DNA of 63,165 nucleotides, counting the filler, from Octopus bimaculoides (Eukaryota), in the NCBI RefSeq assembly GCF_001194135.2. It is 3 parts of 3 records of this genome, joined end to end, with 100 filler letters (N's around TTAATTAATTAA, not from the genome) between each part and the next. Parts side by side here need not be neighbours in the genome. Positions count along the whole stretch, not along the records: positions 24,453 to 53,752 come from NC_068982.1; positions 53,853 to 63,165 come from NC_069001.1; 1 more part is not named here. One strand, written 5' to 3'. Both the position numbers and the translations under genes were made by a program. The notes under the pieces are model-generated. The model did not search any database. It was given only the letters and a program-made list of their open reading frames with translations, and had not been told where the DNA came from. Positions 51,669 to 62,857 of this stretch are shown piece by piece (the stretch's first letter is position 1; each line of letters begins with the position of its first letter).

Positions 51669-52248
51669 GAGATCACCATGTCACGCGCGTATATTTGTGA
51701 TGCATGTGCCTGTTGTACCCTTATCAAATTTGAACTTAACTGATTGGAAGTGTTACCATGTATATTGTTTTATCTTGGTATAAAAGACGGACTACAGTAA
51801 ATATTCTGCTTAGTGCCACAGATTTGCTTGTCAGTTGTTTCACCATAACCAGTTGAGCATGTCCCTTAGTGGCTGATGATATGTGCATCTCTGATCACGA
51901 GAAGTAGTGAGAGGGCATCGTAGCCATATGTTGAAAGGAATTCTTTGGGGTTTGGATAATTCATCTTTAGGGAGATGGCTGTTTCGTTCAACATCCTTAA
52001 ATAACCCTTATTCAGGGACCTTTTGTGCAAGGTGGGGGCTACTCGACATGAATAAAATTCTAACTGGGCCCCACCTGCAAGGTCATGCCCCGTTTATCTT
52101 AATATGAGATCAGCATGTCACGCACATATGGTTACGATACATGTGCCGGTGTACCCTTATCAAGCGGGTAATCATGATGGGTATACTGGGCTTTGTATAT
52201 TTTACCCCAGAGTCACTTTGATGGTATTCACCGCTCTCTCACTCAATA
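51669..52248 (+). mobile_element. Second copy of the noncoding (AAT)n-associated element, with a duplicated 3' segment in front
   Basis: Homology to 37339-37868; 51669-51725 repeats 52107-52161; ends CTCTCACTC(AAT)n. Confidence 0.78.
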
Positions 52249-52251
52249 ATG

Positions 52252-52330
<79 letters not shown>

Positions 52331-52409
52331 GTACAAGCCACGTCGAATGTGGATTTATGCACCTACATTTATAACATCTAGTCTGTGCTTTGATCATTCT
52401 CCTGCTCTG

Positions 52410-52621
52410 TCAGTGGACATCCATGTTTCTCTTACAAGAGATCATATACTTTTCTATTCTCCCAGCAGGTAAATTGTTCTTCTTCATGTCAATCTTTATG
52501 GTGGAGAATTCAAGAGCAAATACCTTCCAATCAGAAGCAAACTGCCATCTCTGATATAGTTTATCTGAATATATTTCATCTAATTTTTCATTCCTTTTTA
52601 AATTATTCCGCATAGTGTAAC
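52410..52621 (-). CDS. Candidate exon GYTMRNNLKRNEKLDEIYSDKLYQRWQFASDWK(VFALEF...MDVH*)
   Basis: Strong acceptor TGTGTATTTCTATATTTCTCAG; only open frame, 70 codons; possible internal donor AAG|GTATTT. Confidence 0.35.
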
Positions 52622-53399
52622 CTGAGAAATATAGAAATACACAGTAGTTATTTCTTGCAGATATAGTATACATGTAGTCGTTCCCTTGCGAGATCAGATA
52701 AACACTTCCTTCTCTCTGTACTGCACTTAATTAAAAAACCACTATCAGACCCAACCTCGCTCTGAAGATGCTTTTTGTTCAACAGGAATAAAAATACACA
52801 GCAACAACATAAATAGCTCTAAATCTTACTATGAACAACCTATCATTGAATCCTTAATCATATACTTTTGTTTTGTCTCTTCAACACAAGCTATATTACG
52901 ATTTTTGTTTTTGGATATTTTTTATTATATTTCTTGCTATCTTTTGCGTATTCTTAATAACAAAGAGTCTTAGTTTTCTCATTATATTTCATAATGACAT
53001 TGACATAGTTGATGAGATTCTTACTTGCAAAAACAAATACATCATGCAAAGAGGAAATTAGGTTGTTTAGCCTTTTTCTATTTATAATTAGCCTCAATGA
53101 ATATCCAAGGAAACAAGAAAAATATTATATAAAGTATTTTATTTCTATTCTGTTTTATATGTTGTTATAAACATCATAGTAGCATCTTTATAAACATCAA
53201 TGAGTTTTTGTGTCCTATTTTATGAAGAGTACTTCAAATGTCTTTTCTAATATTGCATTACATATATAATCTAGATCTGATTGATTTATATCATTGAGTT
53301 ACAGCGTCGATTCATAAATAGCCTTATGTCCCTGCCTTCTTCAGTTCTCGATCATGGTTCAAACTTTTAATAACCCAATTTTCTATTACCAATAGAAAT

Positions 53400-53752
53400 A
53401 AAGTACTCCTAGAAATGCACGGACTGAAGAAACCACCTGAACCAAGGGTATTTTTTGATTTGAGTGACATCAAACGGAAAGAAATAGAGGAGTTCATAAA
53501 AAAAGCAAGAGCAAAAAGTTCACCAGGGAACGACGGTGTGAGCTACGAGGTTTACAAGTATTGCCCGAAATTGCGTTTACAGTTATTTGCATTGATAAGA
53601 GAAATGTGGAAGAAGAAACACGTAGCGGAGCGATGGTGTATAGCTGAAGGTATCTATTTACCTAAAGAGAAAGATGCAAAAACACTAGGACAATTTAGAC
53701 CAATTTCATTATTAAATACTGACGGGAAAATCATGTTTGGAATCATTGCTAG
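53400..53752 (+). mobile_element. HERO/NeSL-like REL retrotransposon, RT N-terminal fragment
   Basis: KARAKSSPGNDGVSYEVYKYCPKL..AEGIYLPKE..QFRPISLLNTDGKIMF; cut by the spacer. Confidence 0.85.
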
Positions 53753-53852
53753 NNNNNNNNNNNNNNNNNNNNNNNNNNNNNNNNNNNNNNNNNNNNTTAA
53801 TTAATTAANNNNNNNNNNNNNNNNNNNNNNNNNNNNNNNNNNNNNNNNNNNN
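53753..53852. other. Artificial 100-bp scaffold spacer with an all-frame stop linker
   Basis: 44 N + TTAATTAATTAA + 44 N. Confidence 0.9.
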
Positions 53853-53862
53853 ACATACACAC

Positions 53863-53907
<45 letters not shown>

Positions 53908-53999
53908 TAAGTTGCCAATGTGACGTTACCAAAATCACGACCACAGTAAAAATGTACCTTTTTAATAATTTCTTTTTCTTTTTTCTGTTTACTTTCTAG

Positions 54000-54089
54000 G
54001 GAGACTACAAAATGAAGCTGACGGCAATCGACAGACACACGAAGAAAGTCAATTTATGTATGGCATGGGAGATGTCCATAAAAGCATAA
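54000..54089 (+). CDS. Probable last exon of an ML-domain (GM2-activator/NPC2/MD-2-like) lipid-binding protein
   Basis: Very strong acceptor TTTCTTTTTCTTTTTTCTGTTTACTTTCTAG; GDYKMKLTAIDRHTKKVNLCMAWEMSIKA* fits the ML C-terminal G-D/N-Y...D...C-x5-SI strand pattern; AATAAA at 54363. Confidence 0.6.
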   Translation, partial: GDYKMKLTAIDRHTKKVNLCMAWEMSIKA

Positions 54090-54539
54090 AAACACCTTAA
54101 GGATTGGATGCCTCTCTCTCTCTCTCTGTGTCTATCTATCTATCATTAAAACACACAAAATGACGGACTCATTTTAAAGAGTAAAACTTAATTGTCCTGC
54201 ATATACGTACATACATACATACATATATACATGCACACACACATACAGACATATTTGTATATATATATATCTGTATATAGATACATACATATGTGTGTGT
54301 ACATGCGTTGAAGCCGTGACAGTGACGAGGACGCAGTTGGAGCAACGAAAATTTTGAAACCAAATAAATGTTCTAGTGAACTTAACAGTCTTTGTTTTGT
54401 CTTATATTTTGTACTTTTTATTTTTATTATTTTGGAAATTATTAATACGTATGTTCCACATTGACCTATGGTCTCTGATCCGATCCCGGGCAAATATATC
54501 TCCGATATATATATATATATATATATATAGGCGCAGGAG

Positions 54540-54993
54540 TGAAGGTGACCAAACTCAACATTAAGATTGCTGAAAAGTCAGGGAACTCCATCAGATCACA
54601 ACTATGTAGGAGGTATCCCTTTGAGAATACCATATGCACCAATGATAACTGCATGGAATGTAGGATTAACCATGGCCTTAACTGTAGAACTAGAAATGTA
54701 GGCTACAGCATAAGATGCTTGTAAAGGTGCTTGTAAAGACATGAACATGACACGCATAGCGGAAACATCTAGGAGCATTGCGGAAAGGCTAAATGGACAT
54801 TTGAGACAATATGACGACAAAAAAACAGTCCTCCATACCCTACCAACATGCCAAGGACCAACATGGAGGCAACCTGGGTCAATTTGACATCTGCATTTTA
54901 TCCAAGCACCCAAAGGATCCAACCCTCAGACAAATACAGGAGTACGTCCTCGTAAAGGAAACATCCCCAGTACTAAATAGGAAATATTCGTAG
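54540..54993 (+). mobile_element. Penelope-like GIY-YIG endonuclease fragment (second family)
   Basis: NIKIAEKSG..CMECR..CRTRNVGYSIRC..AETSRSIAERLNGH..YQHAKDQHGG..DPTLRQIQE. Confidence 0.88.
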
Positions 54994-55056
54994 TAGGTAA
55001 ACATACCCCATACCGACAGTTTATATTTATATACAGGTAGAAAAGTTAGTGGGCTG

Positions 55057-55573
55057 GGATCTTTCTGATTTGGCCGGCGCCACTTTTTATTTATGTTTTA
55101 TTTAGTGTGTTTTCTACCGAAACACTTTCAAACTTCGAATACTTGTATATTTTGTCTTATAGAACAGATAAAAAAATTTTGTATTCGAAGTTATTTCATG
55201 TAAAAAATTGTCGTATTTCGGTAATTTCAACCAATCACTGACGTCTAACCAGTACAAACGCACGAACGATGTCATAAATTACAGTACTGCCGATAGTTGT
55301 TGTTGATTTTATTCAAGGGAAAAGATCCCATTACACCGCACAACGCTTTGTTGACAATTTACAGCAGTAATTGTTTTCACCTCAATAGACGTCAGTGATT
55401 GGTTGAACTTACCGAAATACGACAATTTTAGCACGAAATAACTTTAAAAAGATAAAATTTCCTCAATAACACTAAGAGTAAAAGATGTTTTATATGACAC
55501 ATTCTACCAGTGTCCAAAGTTTGAAAGTGTTTCGTTAAGAAAACAAGTGGCGCCCGCCAATTCAGAAAGATCC
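55057..55573. mobile_element. 517-bp foldback DNA element with ~190-bp TIRs and an 8-bp TSD
   Basis: GGATCTTTCTGA..GGCGCCAC / GTGGCGCC..TCAGAAAGATCC; exact GTGGGCTG at 55049-55056 and 55574-55581. Confidence 0.9.
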
Positions 55574-55964
55574 GTGGGCTGTTATGTAGATAGATATGTG
55601 TATGTGTGTGTGTGTGTGTATGTATATGCGCATATATGTAGGCAAATGGATATGAATGTAAACAGATAGACATACAGATGGATAAGTACATAGGTAATAT
55701 GAACAGACAAGCACACACACACACAAATAAAGACTGAAACATGATCATATATACACACACTTCACTTCACACAAGGTCACATATGGAGACACATCCATAC
55801 TACAGACAGTACATGGTCACAAAAACCTACACACACACACAAGGAGACAGAGGTACACACACACATAAAAACACACGAACACACACACACATGAATATGT
55901 AGAATGCATACATACAAACGTACACACATACGTACATATATACATACGCACACATGCATACAAA

Positions 55965-56187
55965 GGCGGCGAGCTGGCAGAAACGTTAGCACGCCGGGCG
56001 AAATGCTTAGCGGTATTTCGTCTGCCGCTACGTTCTGAGTTCAAATTCCATCTTTGCCTTTCATCCTTTCGGGGTCGATGAAATAAGTACCAGTTACGCA
56101 CTTAGGTCGGTATAATCGACTTAATCCGTTTGTCTGTCCTTGTTTGTCCCCTCTGTGTATAGCCCCTTGTGAGTAGTAAAGAAATAA
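55965..56187 (+). mobile_element. SINE family B (young copy) with a LINE-like tail
   Basis: Intact head and core; tail TTTGTCCCCTCTGTGTATAGCCCCTTGTGAGTAGTAAAGAAATAA. Confidence 0.92.
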
Positions 56188-56318
56188 CAGACACATGCAT
56201 ACATATACTCATAATAATATGAGTTATATATATGCATATATACATACATATATGTACATACCTACATATATATATATATATATATACATGCATATACATA
56301 AATACATACATACATACC

Positions 56319-56352
<34 letters not shown>

Positions 56353-56934
56353 TATACATAAATACATACATACATACATACATGTGTATGCGCACAGACA
56401 CTAACCCACACACATGCGCACAAACAAACAAAAAGAACACAGCTTGGATAACGGACAAAGCCAATGACTATTGAAATGGCTGCAAGACGCAACGAAAATT
56501 TTAGGAAAAATAAATAAGTAAATGAGTGGAAACTTAACCGAGAGTGTGTTAAATAATAAGGTACTAAAAGAGAAGGACTCTCCCCAGACACAGCAATTTA
56601 TGCTTCAACACACGAACTTACATAAAGAATCATGTAAACCAAGTCCAAAAACGAAACATCTATATCTATAAATACATATAGTTTTAGGGAAAAGAACCAA
56701 GTTTCAAGAACTCATCGATGAAAATCCACTATCACATATAGAAAAATTAATAATTAAAAGCACAATAAATGAATATAATATAAAACAAAGTAAATATCAT
56801 AAGGTAAAGATAATATCTATAAAGCTCAATTTAATTTTAATTTTTTATAAATTGATTTGAATTGAGTTTTTAACCTGTAATTTTGGATTTTGTCCCTAAT
56901 ATTATTATAATTATCTATAAATATTTATAAATTT

Positions 56935-57535
56935 AACTTTTGATTTGCCGCGGTTGACTTTCGATCCTAGTTTGGCAGCCATTGCTTCTAATTTTGACTT
57001 TTTATTTTGCATTTGGCTTTATGTTTGTGAAAGTAGCGCTATATCATCTACAAAGCCGAGATCTTCTAGAGCTTCTGCATTTTTAACACTAACGTAAAAG
57101 CGGTGTTATTATTGTATGGGGCTGAGATATGGCGAACAACCGTTAAGTCAAATAAGCAAATGCAATCATTCATCAACAGATGCTTGCGTAGTATACTTAA
57201 AATTAGATGGCCCAGGCACATAAGCAATATGGAGCTATGACAAAGAACAAATCAAGTTTCGATTAGGGAGTATATCGATAAGAAAAAGTGGAAGTGGATT
57301 GGTAGCACAATTAGAAACGACACACCAAATGTAGCGAAAAGTGCTTTACAGTGGAATCCGGATGGATATAGAAAGAAAGGTAGGGCTAAGAACTCGTGGT
57401 GTAGATCAACACAAAAGGAACTAGAGAAAGGGGGACATTCATGGCAGAGTATAAGTACAGAAGCAAAAAATTATGCGACATGGAATTCAATTATAAGTGG
57501 CCTATACTCCGCGTTGAAGGATTAAAGGCAAGAAA
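56935..57535 (+). mobile_element. RTE-clade LINE 3' fragment with an inverted 5' segment
   Basis: Plus strand 57081-57530 reads FNTNVKAVLLLYGAEIW..RCLRSILKIRWP..WKWIG..ALQWNPDGYRKKGR; minus strand 56935-57080 reads LEDLGFVDDIALLS..NRGKSKV. Confidence 0.85.
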
Positions 57536-58289
57536 AAAATATAAAAATTTACATAGGGTAGGAAAAATTATAGAATTTTTTTCTATCAGTGGCCTAGTAT
57601 GTATATAAAGTCANNNNNNNNNNNNNNNNNNNNNNNNNNNNNNNNNNNNNNNNNNNNNNNNNNNNNNNNNNNNNNNNNNNNNNNNNNNNNNNNNNNNNNN
57701 NNNNNNNNNNNNNNNNNNNNNNNNNNNNNNNNNNNNNNNNNNNNNNNNNNNNNNNNNNNNNNNNNNNNNNNNNNNNNNNNNNNNNNNNNNNNNNNNNNNN
57801 NNNNNNNNNNNNNNNNNNNNNNNNNNNNNNNNNNNNNNNNNNNNNNNNNNNNNNNNNNNNNNNNNNNNNNNNNNNNNNNNNNNNNNNNNNNNNNNNNNNN
57901 NNNNNNNNNNNNNNNNNNNNNNNNNNNNNNNNNNNNNNNNNNNNNNNNNNNNNNNNNNNNNNNNNNNNNNNNNNNNNNNNNNNNNNNNNNNNNNNNNNNN
58001 NNNNNNNNNNNNNNNNNNNNNNNNNNNNNNNNNNNNNNNNNNNNNNNNNNNNNNNNNNNNNNNNNNNNNNNNNNNNNNNNNNNNNNNNNNNNNNNNNNNN
58101 NNNNNNNNNNNNNNNNNNNNNNNNNNNNNNNNNNNNNNNNNNNNNNNNNNNNNNNNNNNNNNNNNNNNNNNNNNNNNNNNNNNNNNNNNNNNNNNNNNNN
58201 NNNNNNNNNNNNNNNNNNNNNNNNNNNNNNNNNNNNNNNNNNNATATATATATATATAATAGAGTTATTAATATTTCTAAGTCTCTCTA

Positions 58290-59725
58290 AAGGAGACTAC
58301 GGCAGCGGTACTGGAAATTAATAGTTATCGCCAAGCCAACATGGCAGTCCCAAAATTAGGACGAAAGCTGCCGTGAATTAGCTCCAAGAAGCCATCGCCT
58401 CTAGCTAGCTATGTGACACACGAAACCTGTGTCCTTTATAACCTTCGAACAGGGGAGGTCAGCAATGTCCCCCTGCTGGTTTGGCATCTGCAGACTAGTT
58501 TCAGGGTGTTGCCCCTTGTCAATGCAGAGCAGCCAAGCCCTAGCCAGGAGGCGCTAACTTTTTTGAATAGTAATAGTCTTTTAAAACTATTTTTGTGCCC
58601 CTCCCCCTAACGAAGGTGGGATTTGAACGGTGTTGTGTAGTTTTGAAAATTGCTATCCTCTTTGAGAGGAAAAACTTTTTATAGGTTTCCCAGTTTTGTG
58701 GGAAACCAATTTATTTAATTTATTATCTGTATATTGTTATTAATTTCAACCATGTCTGTTGAAATTATACACGAAAAATGTGCTCTTACAGAGAACAATG
58801 ATGAAGTTGGCAGTCATGCCAACAATGGAAAAAACGTTTTCGGCGGTAGCCGCAGTGGCAACCGAAAACATTGGTATTCCTGTAGGTGTACCACAGGAAT
58901 ATTTTAAACGGATGAAAAAAGGAGGTGATGCGATAATATCACCTTCTTCAACTGCGGTGGAAACGGAGAGGCGGACCGTAGTGTTCAAAAACCTTCTGTC
59001 TTTTGGACAGAAGGTTTAAACACTTCGAAAAAAAGAAAATAGAGAAATGCCTGTCCCCAAAAGTCACCGGGTCTCGATGGTCTGCCCTATGAGTTCTATA
59101 AAAGTATGCCAGACTTGTTCGGGCACCTGCTGGCTAGCGTCTACGCCAACTGGCAGCAGAATGGGAGAATTCCCAAGTCTGCGAGCCGTGGAGTGGTGGC
59201 GCTGATCTGAAAGGACCCGAGCAAGGTGGACGAGATAGGTAACTTTAGGCCCATAACTCTGTTAAACACAGAGTTAAAGATTCTGGCGAAGGTGTTGGCA
59301 AAACGGTTGGCGCGGGTCGTGGACAAAACTTGTCGGGGAAGCGAAAATTTCCGCTGTCTCGGGCAGGTCAATCCACGACAATCCCCACCTTATACGCTAC
59401 TCCTTAGAGAGGGTGAGGAAACTTTCTGGTGCAGGGGGATCACTGGTGCATTTAGACCAGTCTAAAGCATTTGATAGGGTCGACCATCGGTACTTGGCGG
59501 CGGTCCTCGGGGAGGCTGTCCTGGGCCCGACCTTTCGCGGTTGGATTGCTGTTTTGTATAGCGACATCGAGTCTGTCGTCAAGGTGAACGGTTTCTTTTC
59601 GAAGCCGTTCAGGATCGAGCGTTCAGTTCGTCAGGGGTGTCTCCTGTCCCCGCTTCTGTATGTGTTGGCTCTTGAGCCATTGCTGCGGAAGCTGGAGGCA
59701 CTAGAAAGGGCGCCGCATGATCTAT
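58290..59725 (+). mobile_element. Tx1/L1-clade LINE, internally deleted (5' UTR, ORF1 start, RT domains 0-4)
   Basis: KSPGLDGLPYEFY..NFRPITLLNTELKILAKVLAKRL..LDQSKAFDRVDH..RSVRQGCLLSPLLYVLALEPLL; EKTFSAVAA ORF1-like segment. Confidence 0.88.
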
Positions 59726-59729
59726 GGTG

Positions 59730-60432
59730 TGGAAGATTAGTCCATACTATTAATGACAATCATCCAGACCGAAGGGTGCAGTATTGCGAGTGGTACGTGG
59801 TACGATGCACACTTTCCAACAAAGATTGTGTGGAGTGATGAGACAATATTCAAATTAGACGGTTCAAGTAACCACCACAATTGCGCCTACTGGAGACCTA
59901 AGAATCCGCAGTGCGGTGTGGCTTATCATCAAGAGGATTAATTGGACCATTCTTTTTTGACACTACTATGACTGGTCCCGTTTACTTGAAATTGCTGTAA
60001 CAGTCTGTCATGCGAAGCATTAGAGAACACTTTGAAGATGAGGAGTTTTATTTTCATCAAGATGGGGCGACCCCCACACTATCATCACTATGTTAGATCC
60101 TTCCTTGATGAGATCTTGCCAAACAGGTGGATTGGACGAAGGGGTTTCGTTGAATACCCTCCACTTTCACCAGACCTCATACCACTAGACTTTTTTATGG
60201 GGATCCCTAAAAGCCAAAGTCTATGCTATGAAACCTGCAATAGTCGCTGATTTGAGAGCAGCCATTGAACGAGAATGCATACAAATACCAAACGAATTGT
60301 TTCGTGACATTTGCGATTTCATTGCTTCGGGTTGCCAGCAATGCCTGGACCAGAACAGACGTCAGTTTGAAAACAGACGTTGACAAAACAATAAAATAAT
60401 GTCTGTAGATTCTATTAAATTTTGAAAATGAA
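59730..60432 (+). mobile_element. IS630-Tc1-mariner DD41D (Visitor/rosa) transposase fragment
   Basis: [40 protein letters not shown]; 41 residues between the 2nd and 3rd Asp after correcting one frameshift. Confidence 0.85.
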
Positions 60433-62169
60433 NNNNNNNNNNNNNNNNNNNNNNNNNNNNNNNNNNNNNNNNNNNNNNNNNNNNNNNNNNNNNNNNNNNN
60501 NNNNNNNNNNNNNNNNNNNNNNNNNNNNNNNNNNNNNNNNNNNNNNNNNNNNNNNNNNNNNNNNNNNNNNNNNNNNNNNNNNNNNNNNNNNNNNNNNNNN
60601 NNNNNNNNNNNNNNNNNNNNNNNNNNNNNNNNNNNNNNNNNNNNNNNNNNNNNNNNNNNNNNNNNNNNNNNNNNNNNNNNNNNNNNNNNNNNNNNNNNNN
60701 NNNNNNNNNNNNNNNNNNNNNNNNNNNNNNNNNNNNNNNNNNNNNNNNNNNNNNNNNNNNNNNNNNNNNNNNNNNNNNNNNNNNNNNNNNNNNNNNNNNN
60801 NNNNNNNNNNNNNNNNNNNNNNNNNNNNNNNNNNNNNNNNNNNNNNNNNNNNNNNNNNNNNNNNNNNNNNNNNNNNNNNNNNNNNNNNNNNNNNNNNNNN
60901 NNNNNNNNNNNNNNNNNNNNNNNNNNNNNNNNNNNNNNNNNNNNNNNNNNNNNNNNNNNNNNNNNNNNNNNNNNNNNNNNNNNNNNNNNNNNNNNNNNNN
61001 NNNNNNNNNNNNNNNNNNNNNNNNNNNNNNNNNNNNNNNNNNNNNNNNNNNNNNNNNNNNNNNNNNNNNNNNNNNNNNNNNNNNNNNNNNNNNNNNNNNN
61101 NNNNNNNNNNNNNNNNNNNNNNNNNNNNNNNNNNNNNNNNNNNNNNNNNNNNNNNNNNNNNNNNNNNNNNNNNNNNNNNNNNNNNNNNNNNNNNNNNNNN
61201 NNNNNNNNNNNNNNNNNNNNNNNNNNNNNNNNNNNNNNNNNNNNNNNNNNNNNNNNNNNNNNNNNNNNNNNNNNNNNNNNNNNNNNNNNNNNNNNNNNNN
61301 NNNNNNNNNNNNNNNNNNNNNNNNNNNNNNNNNNNNNNNNNNNNNNNNNNNNNNNNNNNNNNNNNNNNNNNNNNNNNNNNNNNNNNNNNNNNNNNNNNNN
61401 AGATGTGTGTATATAGGGGGGGTGTACACACATGCCCATTTTACCTATTTCTTCATTGATTGGAAATAAAAATGATAAACAGTCTCAATTGATTTTCTCC
61501 CCGTTATTGGTATCTCATCAGAAAAATCTAGATCTCTTGACCAACCCCAGAGAGGTAAGTAGGTTTACATACACACATCAAATCTAGTAACTTCAGAAAA
61601 CTTGAGCTAGTAATTCCCATAATACAGGTGTTTTATACTCTTTAGCAGTTACCAGTGGAATAATAAAGTGGTTTTGGGGGTTTATTTTTTTACTTCTTCC
61701 GTATTGAAGAAGGGGAAAAGCCCATGATTTTCGCTGACCCTCCAAGACCGGTGAGTTTAGTGCTATTAATATTCAGTTTAAACGGTTGCAAGCAACGTCG
61801 GTGGGTAAGACATGAGCACAGAGAAAATTCCAGTGGAACCATGTTTTGAGGAGGAAGGACTTGATATAAAGGTTAGTGAAGGGCTGAGGATTTGGGATTC
61901 AATTCACCGAGAATGACGAGTTGTGAAAGTGGGGGGTCATGGTGAGGTCGGTAAAGTTCATGGGTGTTAACTTTTTCCTCCGCCTGAAAAAGATTCTTAA
62001 AAAAAACCCAGCACGTTCTGGCTTCGTAATGCCGGCAGCTGATTACGAACATCAGACCCCTCTGAATCTCCCATATCAACTCCCGTTTTTATCTTCCTCT
62101 TTAATCTATCAATTTCTGCTCTAGATTATTACTTACTTGTTAGTCTGCTTTATCGATATTTACGCTATC

Positions 62170-62390
62170 TAAAGCGGCATCATTGCAGACTCGTTAGCAC
62201 GCCGGGCAAAATGCTTCGCAGCATTTCGTCCACCTTTACGTTCTGAGTTCAAATGCTGTCGAGGTCGACTCTACCTTTTATCCTTTCGGGGTCGATAAAA
62301 TAAGTATCAGTTGAGCACTGAAATTGATGTAATCGATTTACCCCTTCCTCCGAAATTGCTGGCCCTGTGCCTAAATTTGAAATCAATATT
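62170..62390 (+). mobile_element. SINE family B
   Basis: Head, CCTTTTATCCTTTCGGGGTCGATAAAATAAGT core and tail. Confidence 0.85.
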
Positions 62391-62555
62391 TACACTATCT
62401 ACTGCGGAATGAACGTCACTTACAGCATCACCATCACTATCATATCACATAACACTACACCTTATCACGTATCTCACCACCATTGTACCACTGGGATGGA
62501 AAGAACACCTGTGAAATCATCGCACATAAACATGGCAAATCATAGTTATTCTATG

Positions 62556-62847
62556 ACACTCCGTCTGTTACGACGACGAAGGTTCCAGTTGATCCGATCA
62601 ACAGAACAGCGTGCACGGGAAATTAACGTGAAAATAACTGAGCACTCTACGAACACGCGTACCCTCATCGTAGTTCTCAGGGGAGTCAGCATGATATAGA
62701 ATGTAACAAGGTTGGCCTTTTAAATTACAGGTACTCTTCATTCTTGCCAGCTGAGTGGACTGGAATACCGAGAAATAAAGTGTTTTTCTCAAGGACACAA
62801 CGTGCCGCCGGAAATTGAACTCTCAACCTTATGATCGTAAGTCGAAT
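62556..62847 (-). mobile_element. SINE family A
   Basis: Reverse complement matches 2549-2868. Confidence 0.88.
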
Positions 62848-62857
62848 TTGGTTGGTT

